Shown here: piece by piece, positions 38,807 to 51,600 of the stretch
Position numbering within the stretch: position 1 is the first letter of the stretch
How the letters are laid out: each line of letters starts with the position of its first letter
Assembly: GCF_006345805.1 (NCBI RefSeq)
Contig: NW_021835125.1
Location: forward strand, 14,290 to 78,289
From: Octopus sinensis
Lineage: Eukaryota
Direction of reading: 5' to 3'
DNA length: 64,000 bases
Program-made: the position numbers and the translations under genes
Notes under the pieces: model-generated
Databases searched by the model: none
What the model was told of the DNA's origin: nothing
The model's input: the letters and a program-made list of their open reading frames with translations, nothing else

Positions 38807-39084
38807 GGTGTACACTTAACCTAGTTCTCAGGGAGAGATTCAGCTTAACACATCATGTGAAATCTCTGGCCATTTGAAATACAGGTACAACTCATTCTGG
38901 CCAGCAGAGCAAAGGGTCTTTCTGGAGCAAAGGGTCTTCGGCAAAGACACAACATATCACCGGGAATCGAACTCATGACTCTATGATCGTGTGTTGCATG
39001 CTCTAACCACCAACCTGCGCACCTTCCCAGTAATAACATATGCACATATATATTGTGTGTGTATGTTCGTGTGTGTTGGCGTGT

Positions 39085-39098
39085 ATATGTATGTATGC

Positions 39099-39131
<33 letters not shown>

Positions 39132-39450
39132 TGTATGTATGTATGTATGTACGTATGTATATATTCATGTATGTATGTACGTATGTATGTATGGATGGAT
39201 GGATGTATGTATGTATATATGTATGTATGTACGTATGTATATATTCATGTATGTATGTACCTACGTATGTATGGATGTATGTATGTATGTATGTATGTAT
39301 ATATGTATGTATGTACGTATGTATATATTCATGTATGTATGTACCTATGTATGTATGTATGTATGGATGTATGTATGTATGGATGTATGTATGTATATAT
39401 GTATGTATGTATGTATGTACGTATTTATGTATTTATGTATGTATGTATCT
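39085..39450. repeat. (TATG)n array with about 80-bp higher-order repeat
   Basis: GTACGTATGTATATATTCATG recurs near 39149, 39229 and 39313. Confidence 0.85.
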
Positions 39451-39464
39451 ATCTATCTTTCTAG

Positions 39465-40008
39465 TGAGAATTTAAAAAAATAAAAACGAAAGACAAAAGA
39501 CGAAGACGGGTGTGTAAACAACAAACAGATGTATTAGTTTAACGCTCGAGAATTAAGAATGTCTTTTACGTTTCGAGCCTAGGCTCTTCGACAGAAAGGA
39601 ACACCGAAATAAACAGGGAAAGGAAACAGAAAAAGGTTTAGAGAATCGACAATTGGAAATAGCAGAAAGTACTAAAAAGTTTAGAAAACTTCAAAAGGTT
39701 TCAAACGTCGTGGTGTATTGGAGCGATTTCTCATCAAAGGAAGAGTCCAGTGTAATCCCTGGGTAGGAGAGGTGCAGCCGAAATGTAGGAGTTCAAGTGT
39801 AGGAGAGTAGAGGAAAGTCTGGGTAGAGAATCCAGGTAGAACAATCCACGAAAATTCCAAGTGTTATGAGGTGGAGACAGGATAAAACTGGTGCGGCCAC
39901 GTGAGCGTATAGTATATGGGGAGAATTTACAAAATAACAAAAGACGAAGACGGGTGTATAAACAACAAACACACGTATTAGTTTAACACTAGGGAAGTGA
40001 GAAAGTCT
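39465..40008 (-). mobile_element. Penelope-tail-like element with about 90-bp direct terminal repeat (444-bp offset)
   Basis: ACAAAAGACGAAGACGGGTGT.TAAACAACAAAC occurs at about 39493 and 39937. The upstream (minus-strand) copy starts next to the predicted HHR cleavage position. Confidence 0.7.
39563..39598 (-). ncRNA. Minimal hammerhead-like motif (A6U variant)
   Basis: Minus strand: CTTT-CTGTCGA-A-GAGC-CTAG-GCTC-GAAAC-GTA-AAAG. Confidence 0.65.
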
Positions 40009-40026
40009 CCCTCTTTCTATCTCTCC

Positions 40027-40058
<32 letters not shown>

Positions 40059-40079
40059 CTAAATTTTCTTGTCTTATTT

Positions 40080-40361
40080 CTTTTTATTCTTTTATTCTTT
40101 TATTTGTTTCGGTCATTTTGCCTGCGGCCATGCTGGAGCACCACCTTCAGTCAAGCAAATCGACCCCGGGACTTATTCTTTGTCAGCCTAGTACTTATTC
40201 TATCGGTCTCTTTTGCCGAACTGCTAAGTTACGTGGACGTAGACACACCAACTTCGATTGTCAAGCGATATTAGGGAGACAAAACACAGACACACAAACA
40301 TATACAAATATGTACATATATATATTATATATATATATACATATACATATATATATATACC

Positions 40362-40427
<66 letters not shown>

Positions 40428-40584
40428 CGATGGGCTTATTTCATTTTCCGTCTACCAAATCCACTCACAAGGTTTGCTCGGCCCGAGGCTATAGTATAAG
40501 ACACTTGCTCAAGGTGCCATGCTGTGGGATTGAAAACAGGACCATGTGGCTGGTAAGCAAGCTACTTTCCACACTGCTGCGCCT
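40080..40584 (-). mobile_element. SINE family B with expanded internal (TA)n
   Basis: Reverse complement of family B head (40500-40584) and tail (40080-40300). Confidence 0.85.
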
Positions 40585-40639
40585 AATTTCTTATTTTCCA
40601 GATAGCTGTCACTTGACTGTTCAGAATCGAACTAGGAGA

Positions 40640-41200
40640 GCAGCGCGCTATGAAGTGTGGAATTCCATTGTTTTGGTTTAGTGATAGTGGCGTGCATGGA
40701 AAGAAAAGCCTGCAACACTACGTCCGGAGACACTAAAAAGTTGTCAAACCTGATGACCAATGACCATAGGGTGTTTGAACGATGCAAGAAGAAGTCGTCC
40801 AATCACATCCCGATCGTTGCAACAGTGCAGGAAATGTTTATTCGCATCCCGCAAAAATCAACTGATGAAGCAGCTCGTGGAAGCAGACTACCGAGACACG
40901 CAATACGCACGGTGTTGCATAAAGAATCGAATTTTCGTCCGTGGAAATCCCATCACGTGCAAGAGCTAAAAGCTGAAGACATTGACCGCAGAAGTCCCGA
41001 ACACTCTAAAAAGTCCAAATCACATTCTATATGATTTTTACCAGTTGGGTTACACAAAACGGATGTGTCCAAGACAAAACTTTGCACACTGGAGGATTTG
41101 GAGACACAGATTCAAGAGGTTTCCAAAGATATCCCAGATCACATCCATGGCCGTTTAACGAAATTCGCTGTCGCCACCAGTGCTTGCGTTCAGATAAGAA
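40640..41200 (+). pseudogene. Internally deleted Tc1/mariner-superfamily transposase relic
   Basis: GCLNDARRSRP ... VQEMFIRIPQKST.EAAR ... IRTVLHKESNFRPWKSHHVQELKAEDIDRR (HTH region) joined to YDFYQLGY ... KLCTLEDLETQIQEV (C-terminal SPDLTPCDF-equivalent region). Confidence 0.75.
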
Positions 41201-41268
41201 GAATTACTCTCATTTTTCCATGTGATGAAGGCCATGTATCATTTCTACATATATATATGCATATATAT

Positions 41269-41302
<34 letters not shown>

Positions 41303-42459
41303 ATATATATTATTATATATAATATATATAACATATGCATATATACATACATATATGTACGTACCTACATCTACATGTATATATATACATGCATATATGG
41401 GTACAGGACACCAAAAAAACGTCGAACAGAATGAGAAACGAAAACATAAACACAAAACCAAGGAAATGGACATTTTTCTTAAACAACGAAAAAGAAAAGA
41501 GTACAAGACATACAACACAAGGAACATTCTATCTTCTGTAGGACTGCAATGACTTCCTGTCCTTAAAGAAACTCAGAACTCTTCGCATGCACTTCATATA
41601 TACACAAGCAGAGGCGCATGCAGACACATGTATGTATGTATGTATGTATGTATGTATGTATGTATGTATGTATGTATGTATGTATGTATGTATGTATGTA
41701 TGTATGTATGTATGTATGGATGGATGTCATTATTCAGTTTATTTGAAGATGTTTTGCCAATAGAGAACGAACCGGTTTCTAACCCAGAACCAAAGGTGCC
41801 TTCATTGGAATTTGATCATCAACAACAGCGTACTTTAGTTTGTGTGTATGTATATATGTATGTATGGGCATGTGTGAGTGTCTCTCCATCTTATATATAC
41901 ACACAGACACATATATGTCGATATATATATCAATATATGTCTTTGGTTACTTATTTTTTTCTCATTTTTTCATCTCTAAACATTATATATATATATTATT
42001 TTGCAATAATGTAATAAGTCTGATATATCTGATATAGTTATGAGTGTATAAGTCAATGTTTTATCAATTACAGTACCATCAGTTTCTCCTTATTTTAATT
42101 GGTAGACTCTTTATCACTGATAAACTATTCCCTTGGTCAATTATACAATTCTCTGACTATATTGAATGCATTAACATCGCCCACATTGCTATCAGTCTAT
42201 TCAACCAATCAAATCCTAAATTTTCGCCACGTATGAATCAGTCATTCTGGTTGTGTCTAATTTTTCTTTTTTTTGTTTTTTCTTTTATTATATGTCATGT
42301 TGAAGCATTTTAAAATTCATTCATTGTTTAAAAAATTTCTTTTCTACTTTTTATTACACATTTTCTATTCCTCTTTCTCACGGTATCATCTCTAACGCAC
42401 TTTAGTTTTTTTTCTCTCTCTGTCTCACACACACATTCTCTCTCTCTTACTCTCTCCCT

Positions 42460-42861
42460 AATATATGTACTTATATATAAGTACGCAGGCTGAGACAAGT
42501 GTGTATGTGTATATATTTACGTACATACATTATAGGCGCACGACACACGCACATATATATATGTATGCATGTGTGTTTATGTGTGTATATTAGTGTGCAA
42601 GTATGTATGTATATGCATGCTTTTATATATATGTGTTTACGTATATTAATGAGATATATATATACAGATATATATATATATATATGTATATGCATACGTA
42701 TGTTTATATATATATACATATGTATGCATTTTTGTATGTTTCTATATATATACGTATGTATGTATATATATATACATTACATACATATATATATATATAT
42801 AATATATATTATATTTTATATATATATATTATATATATGTATTTATATGTGTATGTATGTT

Positions 42862-42914
<53 letters not shown>

Positions 42915-43296
42915 CACACACACACACTCGCTCAGACGCACACATGTATGAATGTGCGCACATGTATGTATATTCCGATTTCGATTCGATTAGATAAGGT
43001 CACATCTAGGTGACCTCGCTAAATTTCATTAATCTTTCGTTATATTTTCTATATTTATTTATTTTTTCTTTTAAAGATTTCCATTGATTCTTGTTTACTT
43101 CTACGATTTTATTCAATCTTTATATGTCGAATCTTCCTATTGTTATTTTTTTCATTATTCCTAATTTCATTTCAATCATTATTGTTATTACTCTATTAAC
43201 ATTACTTACATTGTTTTTTACTATAATCATTACGTGGACTATATATATATGTGTATATGTATATATATATATATATAATATATTATATATAAATGT

Positions 43297-43344
<48 letters not shown>

Positions 43345-43720
43345 TATATATATATGTACATTTTTAGATGAATAAATAAATATGTATGATATATACATAC
43401 ACGTATATTTATATATGTATATGTACATACAAATATAATTAATTATTTACATAAATGTACATATATATATAAGTACATACATATATATCCATATATATAT
43501 ACATAGATGTATATATATATATACATAGACTTATAAATATGTGTATGTATATCTTTAATACACGTATAAATATATACAAATGTCTATATATACGTAGACA
43601 CATACATAATTACATATATATATATACTTACACAGACACATAATTACTTATACGTTATGCTATTATATATGAAGTAGATATGTGTTTGTTAGTGTATATA
43701 TATATATATATATATGAAGC
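42460..43720. repeat. (TA)/(TG)-rich low-complexity region
   Basis: Direct inspection. Confidence 0.85.
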
Positions 43721-44211
43721 AATTTTTGTTTGTCTCATGTTAATCTTTTGTTTGTTTACAGCATTGCTTCGTTGTTTCTTTCTTTCTTTTTATCTTCTTT
43801 GCTTGTCACGAAACACAGAACTCGGCTAATTAAGTCCCATAACCTAACATTGCTTTTGTAAATTATCTATTATCCATTTGTGTATTTGTTTGTTTCAATA
43901 GAAATTCTCTGCTGCTTTATGTCTCTTACCTCCTTCTCAACACTCCTCCTCTCACTCTCTGCCGACATTCACCTCCTCCCCTCCTCCTCCTCCCACTCCT
44001 CCTCCTCTTCCTCCTCCACCACCTCCCCCCTTACACATTGTCTGTTTATCTTTCCCTCTTATGTTTTATATCGCCATTTTTTCTTTCATTTCAATCAAAT
44101 GATAATGTGGGGAGCTGGAAAGGAAGCACAGGAAAACCGACAGAGTTATGGATAGCCGAACAGGGAAATATATAGAATGAAGGAACGCATTCGATTATAA
44201 TATCTACATGT

Positions 44212-44616
44212 TGCAGGAGTGGCTGTGTGGTAAGTAGTTTGCCTACCAACGACATGGTTCTGGGTTCAGTCCCACTGCGTGGCATCTTGGGCTAGTGTCT
44301 TCTGCTATAGCCTCGGGCCGACCAATGCCTTGTGAGTGGATTTGGTAGACGGAAACTGAAAGAAGCCCGTCGTATATATGTATATATATGTATGTGTATG
44401 TATATGTTTGTGTGTCTGTGTTTTTCCCTCTAGCATTGCTTGACAGCCGATGCTAGTGTGTTTACGTCCCCGTTACTTAGCGGTTCGGCAAAAGAGACCG
44501 ATATAATAAGTACTGGGCTTACAAAGAATAAGTCCCGGAGTCGATTTGCTCGATTAAAGGCGGTGCTCCAGCATGGCCGCAGTCAAATGACTGAAACAAG
44601 TAAAAGAGTAAAAGAG
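44212..44616 (+). mobile_element. SINE family B abutting a LINE fragment
   Basis: Homologous to 2199-2614; tail GTAAAAGAG runs directly into LINE sequence. Confidence 0.9.
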
Positions 44617-44968
44617 ACAAACACTTTCCTCTCTGGTTAATCTCTCATCAACTTCTTCAAGTACCACTTGAAAAGGAAAGTGAGAGTAGAGAAGCAAGTT
44701 TTGTCTAGCGAATGTTTTAAAAAAAGATGGGTGAATGTAGCAAGGATGGCACGTATGAATGACGAAGCCACCTTCAGCATAATCCTATGAACCCAGAAAT
44801 TGAAAACAGAGGGTTACCCACTTGCAAACAAATGTGGTAACATATAACAATATTGACCAAGGTTACCGTGGTCTTTTTCGTAGGCTTTTCTTCCCAGGGA
44901 TAAACCTTACTTGCTTTCCCCTTTACACCATATATCATAACACTGTGATATACGATCCCTATTGATCG
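44613..44968 (+). mobile_element. Diverged copy of Tx1-like ORF2 end and 3' UTR directly upstream of ORF1
   Basis: ETNTFLSG*SLINFFKYHLKRKVRVEKQVLSSECFKKRWVNVARMARMNDEATFSIIL*, homologous to 50524-50896. Lacks the terminal stem-loop and AATAAA. Confidence 0.85.
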
Positions 44969-45065
44969 TTTTTTTTCCTCTTCCCCTTTTTTCCCCTTGT
45001 TTCTTCTTTTTTCATTTCTCTTTTCTTTTGTTCCTTTTCCTTTTCTTCTTTTTTTATTTTTATTT

Positions 45066-47209
45066 ATGGAAACGCTAGGAGAAGAAAAAAGAACACATGC
45101 ACGCAAAGTGCAAACCTAAATGACGTGGCAATGAACGCTGCAACCACTTGCGATAACAGCACTGTCACCACCACCACTAACAACAACAACAACAAGACTA
45201 CTACTGTTACCACCACCGCCTCCACCACCACCACCACCACCACCGCCACATCATCCACTACCTCAACTACCAACAACAACAACAATAATAATGACAACAA
45301 GAATAATAACATTTGCGCCACCATTTCGACATCTGCTGCCACGGCTGTCTCTTCTGCCACTGACACCACCTCCATCAACAAAAACAACAATAACAACAAC
45401 AACAATCCCGTTCAGACCTTGTCTCCTCCAACAACAAGAACTGAAGGGAATAAACAAAAGACTGTGACCACCAAACAAATTGACAAAAGCTGCTTGAATA
45501 CAGGGATAAACTATGCAAGTAATTTTCCACCTTTTCCTACTTGCACAATCAAACCAAATACACCGATTTTACCAACTGCAGCCAACAACAACATCACCAC
45601 CAGCAACAACAATAACAAAACAACAACAAATTTCGCCGAGGCGATAAAAGAAAAAAAGACAACAGTATATTTTACTGCACAACAAATAAAAGACACGAAC
45701 ATTTTAATAACGGAAGTAGATGGTATAGTAAAAATAAACATACCACAAGAAATATTAGAAGATGAAAAAAAAAGAACAATTATATATAAAATAATTAATA
45801 AGAAAACAAAAAGTCCAGAGAAGGCTAACACAAGCAAAATCGAAAAATGCTTGAAACCCATCTGGAACTACAAAGAGTATGTGACCTGGTGGAACAAGTT
45901 CGCACACATACAAGTGGTCTTCCACACTGAAGAGTTAGCAAGACGTTTCTCAACGCTAACTCTTCATTCAGATGAACTTCAACTAACACCAAGCTATCGT
46001 GGACAGAAAGTGACTAAGATCACTTTAAACAATGTCCCAAAAATAGCTAACAATCTATGGCTAGTAAAGGCCTTATGTGTGAAAATGGAAGATTTCACAA
46101 TTTTAGAAACTACGGTCACTGAGCACAAAAACTGGGTGAGAAAAAAAGTAGAATTTCTACTACATATAAACCAAGAGGACATAAAGAAAATACCCACCCA
46201 GATATGTGTATCAGAAGACCACAAGTTGTATGTGGTCGTCGATGGCAGAAGACCACGTTGCGACATATGCGGCAGTGAGCAACACCTAAAAAGATTGCAA
46301 ATCTGCCGCAAGAAAACAACAGCAGCCGGAAAAAACAAATAAACCAGCTTTACTACCCACACCACGTTTTGCACGAACAGGACTAATCACAGAAAATCAA
46401 CAAAAAACAAACCTCACCAACCAAACAACCACACCAACTGCACCAAGAACAGAAGCAACACCACCACCAACAACAACCAAGAATAAACCAACTCCCAAAC
46501 CAAGGACATCTGCCAAAAAGACACTCATCGAAAATGAAGAAACAATTACTACTCCAAATCCCCACAAAATTGACACCCCAAACAAAACAACAATACCTAC
46601 AATCACTCAAACAAAAAATACCCACACCACATCTCCAAAACCGCATATACCACAACCTAACGCTCACCAACCAACACCAACAACAAAATCAACACAGTCT
46701 ACGATAGACCCCAATATTTTCCCTCTTCCAAGCTCTGATTCTTCTGATTTGTCATTAGACGAAGAAGACACAGAAGATTGGCAAATAGCCACAGGGGGGA
46801 GAAGAAAAAGGGGAAAAAAGAAAAGGAAAGATAACAAACAAAGCAGGAAGATTCACCACTCCCGAAACAAAAGCATCCACAGAAAACAACACATCAACAC
46901 AAACACACCATCATCAAACCCCCCAACAATGTCGACAGCCATAAACACAAACAACCACGATCTAATGGAACACATTAGGTCAAACACCAACATAACTGAA
47001 AACGACATAAAAACAAGTAACCACCCACGCACAACACCACCACAACACATTAAAATAATACATGTAACACAGAACACATACAGCACCCTGAAATCTCTTT
47101 ACCTGATGCAGTAGGGAGATTTCAAAAGTATTCATCAAAGAAACTATACAAAAACATCATGGAAGAAGACTGTGAGGTGAAAAACAAAGGACTTTCGAAC
47201 AACAAGTAA
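45066..47209 (+). pseudogene. LINE ORF1 (gag-like, CCHC zinc knuckle), frameshifted
   Basis: Main frame 45125-46342: Thr/Asn-rich N-terminus, FAEAIK, folded domain, then CDICGSEQHLK. A 1-nt shift near 46290 restores the final knuckle Cys (GAT TGC) and the frame continues as a Pro/Thr/Gln-rich region. Probable stop TAA at 47207-47209. Confidence 0.75.
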
Positions 47210-47276
47210 CCTTTTCTCTCTCTCTTTCCTTTTTTGCACTTTCTTTTCGTGTGTAAAACACAATTTTTATCGGAAC

Positions 47277-50200
47277 ATGCTCAGAATAGGCAGTATAAAT
47301 GTACGTGGCTTGGGGTCGCCTTGGAAACAAGGCTACCTGTTAAATTACATCAAGTCACTAAATCTGAATATCATAGCCATCAGTGAGACCAGACTCCACA
47401 GCTTGCGGGCACCCCAGCACAGTTTCGGTACACATTTCAACATTTATTTTTCTCCGTGTCTACCGAGAATGGGCGGAGGTGGCACCGCGGTGCTTATCCG
47501 GAAGAGTCTGGATCTCAAAGTAAGAGCAAATTTCCTAGACCCGGAGGGTAGGCTGGTCGTTTTGGATGTCGATGGCAGCAATGAGTGTGCTTTTCGACTG
47601 ATAGCAGTTTATGCTCCGTCCTTAACAGACCGACCAGATTTCTTTCGCCGTCTAGAGTCTTTCATGGGAACGTCTCGTCCTTTACTTTTAGTGGGGGATT
47701 GGAATGCCACCCTGGACACGCATCTAGACTACGTGGGCAGAGATAGCAATAGAAGGGGATGCAAATGCCTCAAAGACCTGCTCAGACGTTTCCAACTGTC
47801 TGACAAGTACCGACTGGACCACCCGAATGTGCTAATGTGGACATGGAGTAACCGCATCGGGTCGTCCAGATCATACTTAGATAGAGTATTCTGTAGGACA
47901 ATAGATAAAAATAGTGTTGGTTGTCCACAATTTCATATAGTCAGTTACACAGATCACAAGTTTGGGACTTGTACACTTGACTTAGATAAGACACACAGGC
48001 AGGGTCCTGGTTACTGGAAACTGAACGCGTCTTTTACAGCACGACAGGTTTACAGGGACCGGATCAGCACATTAGTTAAGAGAGCTTTGACGGGTACTAT
48101 CATCAACAACAGATGGTGGTATGCCCTAAAAAAAGCAATTAAAGCAGAATCAGTCAGATACAGTAAAGCCCTAGCATTAGACCGAAATAGAATAGAGGGA
48201 GAATTAGTTAAAGTTTTAGAAGAGGCACTTAGAACTGGCATCGCGTCCAACGTGCTGGCGGCGAGATTGGCCCTCGACCAACACCTCAACGCCAAACACG
48301 AGGGATGCGTTGTCAGAGCTAGGATGCGTGCTCTGAGGAACGAAGGAGTTGGATCCACCCAAGAGGCCCGAGTGGTGGAGACGCAACGAGGCAACAGAGC
48401 CACCATCAAGTCTCTTATAGATGAACAGGGGCGCGAATTGCTCGACATTAAAGGATGTGTGGGGCTTTTCAACAACACTTCATCCAACTGTTTGGGACAA
48501 GTGGTGGGTCAGAACGCAGAGTGGAATTTAGTGCATACCTGCATGCCTTGCCACGACTCTCAGCAAGGGAGGTGGAGTCTTGTGAAAGGCCTATCACAGC
48601 TGCGGACGTACAGGATGCGATGGTAGGCTGCGCGAGAGACAAGTCACCAGGCTTGGATGGTCTGCCCTACGAACTTTATTTTTATATGCCAGACTTGTTT
48701 GGAGGCGTCTTGGCAGCTGTCTACTGCAAAACGGGAGTATTCCTGCTTTTGTAAAGCGAGGAGCAGTGGCACTGCTTAAGAAAGACCCAAACAAGGGGGA
48801 CGTCATAGATAATTTCAGGCCCATCACTCTGCTCAACGCAGATTTGAAAATTTTGGCCAAGGTGTTAGCCGAGAGGTTGGCGCTTGTCATCAAGAAACTA
48901 ATCGACAAGGCGCAAACATGCACCATGGCGGGTAGAAGTATTCATGACAACCTCCATCTGATGCGCTACATCATAGACAGGGTGGTTAAGAATCCTGGCA
49001 TGGGTGGGGCGCTGATCAATTTGGATCAATCAAAAGCTTTCGATAGGGTAGACCATCACTACTTGGAGGCTGTCCTTAAAGCGGCTGGTTTCGGTCCAGT
49101 TTTCCGCGGTTGGATCGCTGCCTTATACAGCGGCATCCGCTCAGTAGTTCGCATAAATGGTCATCTATCCAGACCTTTTAACATCATGCGTTCGGTTCGT
49201 CAGGGATGCCCCCTCTCATCGCTGCTGTATGTATTGACTCTTGAGCCACTACTGCGGAAACTGGCGACGCTGAGGGGCATCCCACGAGAGCTGGGATGCG
49301 GGAGGAGCGTGTCTGCATACGCGGATGACGTCACCGTCATAGTGTCGAGCTACCAGCACATCGAGCTGGTCGGCGAGACACTAAAAGAATATGAAGCGGT
49401 AACGGGAGCAAAAATTAACCGGGAAAAGTCAGTGGGCTTGCGGCTCGGCACCTGGAGAAGCAGGCCCATGCCATCCAACAGCGTCTCCATTGTGGGACGC
49501 TGGACGGACGGACCGGTTAATTTGCTCGGAGTCTGGTTCGGTCCGGACCTCCAAATGGAGAAGAACTGGGGCGAGATAACGACTAGGGTGGCTACTCTCA
49601 CCCAGAAATGGGCTGAGAGAAAGCTATCCCTAAAAGGTCGGGCGGAGGTGGCGAACGCGTACATCGCATCCGTCATCGAGTATCGTCTGACCGTCGTGCC
49701 TTGTCCCGACCCTACCATCACCAAACTGGAACGAATACTCTTCCGCTTCTTGTGGAAGGGAAACGTTCCGATGGTTAGGCGATCCATTTGCTGTCAACAC
49801 CCGCTAAATGGAGGGCTGAGCATGCCGTGGTTGATAATGCGCAGACATGCGCTGAGACTGCGACATCTCCGGCGCTTCATAGACAACGGCGAACAGGTGT
49901 GGTCGCCTTTTGTGCGGCGCGCTTTCCCGCAGCTCGTCTCCTTGGACGAACTACAGTCATGGATCAAGCAGAGACCGAGGCTAGGCGAATGGCACCGCGA
50001 GTGTCGCGTTGCTCTCAAGCAACTCTGCCGTTCGGGATCGAACTTGTGCGACTCCATCACAACAAAGGCATTCTATAGAGGATTAGTGGAGGGGAGGTGC
50101 GACGACGAACTCGGGCAGAGTCTGGGCGTCGACGAGGAACACCTGACCGCCTGTCAGGACAACTTTCGGGCCGGGACCTATGAACAATCACCAAAGAACC

Positions 50201-50701
50201 CTGGCCTGGTAGTGCTATCGAGAAGCATTACCTGTTCGGGATAAGCTCTACAGACACGGTTCCAGACACACTGGACCGACTTGCCCGAGATGCGGTCAGA
50301 GCGACGAAACCGTTCTGCAGGCACTCGTGCAATGTCCAACCATTTCAGACCTGTGGGCTTATGCCGAACGGCTGCTGTCACGTGTGGGACGAATCCGCCT
50401 ATCGGCCGAGTCTATCGAGGGAATTGCTCCGCCCCCTTCCCTCAACCGGGAAGGCAAGGCAGTTTTCATCGTACTGGTGGCCATGGTGAAAGAATGTGTG
50501 TGGTGGACCCGAGCGAAAGGATTAGAGACAAACACTTACCTCTCTGGCCAATCGCTCATCAACTTTTTCAAGTACCACTTGAAAAGGAAGGTGAGAATGG
50601 AGAGGGAAGTTTTGTCTCGCGAAAGATTAAAAAAAAGATGGGTGAATGTTGCAAAGATGGTGCGTGCGAGTGACGAAACCATTTTGAGCATGATCCTGTA
50701 G
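47277..50701 (+). pseudogene. LINE ORF2: APE endonuclease, reverse transcriptase, C-terminal zinc finger; frameshifted
   Basis: APE motifs SINVRGL, ISET, VYAP, GDWN, YLDR, TDH, then PGYWKLN. RT motifs KSPGLDGL, FRPITLLNADLKI, LDQSKAFDRVDH, VRQGCPLS, YADD. Finger CPRC..DETVL(Q)...C. Split over ORFs 47277-48626, 48455-48754, 48766-50244 and 50327-50701. Confidence 0.95.
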
Positions 50702-50992
50702 ATCGTAAAAAAGAAAGAAAGAGAGCATTTTGATCTCATGTGGTTATTTCCTCCCTGACTGAGGTTCCCGTGGTCTTTTCTGTAGGCTTTTCTTCCCATG
50801 GATGAACCCAATCTTGTTTTATCAATGTTTTTATCATTATTTCTGTGATACACGATTTCTTTTCTTTTTTTTCCTCCTCTCGATCCCTTTTGATCGCAAT
50901 TTATTTTCTTTATTTTCCACCCTCGAAAATAAAAGGTCTGCATTTGTATTTGTCCCCTCTGTATTCAGCCCTGTGTGGCTAATAAAAGAAAG

Positions 50993-51082
50993 ATATCTAT
51001 CTATCTTTCTACATCTATCTATCTACCTCCTATCTATCTATCTACCTATCTACCTATCTACCTATCTATCTATCTATCTGTC

Positions 51083-51116
<34 letters not shown>

Positions 51117-51547
51117 CCCCCCCTTTTTTTGTCCTCTTTCTCTCCTTTTACGATCCCTTTTGATCGACCCCCCCTTTTTTATTTTATTTTATTTTTTATT
51201 TTATTATATTATTATTTTTTTTAAACTTTAAAAGAAAAGCTCTACCTTGTATTTGTTCTATCTGGTGCAGCCCTGTGTGGCTAATAAAGAAACATATCTA
51301 TGTATCTTTCTATATATATCTATCTATCTATTATTATCTAATCTATCTATCTATCTATCTATCTAGATATCTATCTCTTATCTATCTATCTATCTATCTA
51401 TTTATCTATCTATCTATCTTTTTATCTATCTATCTATATACTATCATATCTATCTATATCTACTATCTATCTATCTATCTATCTATTTATTATTTATCTA
51501 TCTATCTATCTATATCTATCTATCTATTATCTATCTATCGATCTATC

Positions 51548-51585
<38 letters not shown>

Positions 51586-51600
51586 TATCTATCTATCTAT
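50993..51600. repeat. (TATC)n array interrupted by a second LINE 3' tip
   Basis: Direct inspection. Confidence 0.9.
51118..51292 (+). mobile_element. Short Tx1-like 3' UTR tip
   Basis: CGATCCCTTTTGATCG hairpin and CAGCCCTGTGTGGCTAATAAAGAAA tail as at 50881-50991. Confidence 0.85.

Larger units (their letters stand above)
44970..50992 (+). mobile_element. Near full-length Tx1/L1-clade non-LTR retrotransposon, inactivated by frameshifts
   Basis: ORF1, short spacer, ORF2, 3' UTR ending AGCCCTGTGTGGCTAATAAAAGAAA, followed by (TATC)n. Confidence 0.92.

Noticed and set aside
40862-40890. CTGATGA core matches here, at 26536 and at about 2052 (minus strand)
   Set aside because: Chance matches inside a transposase relic, a SINE tail or unassigned DNA; required helices are absent.
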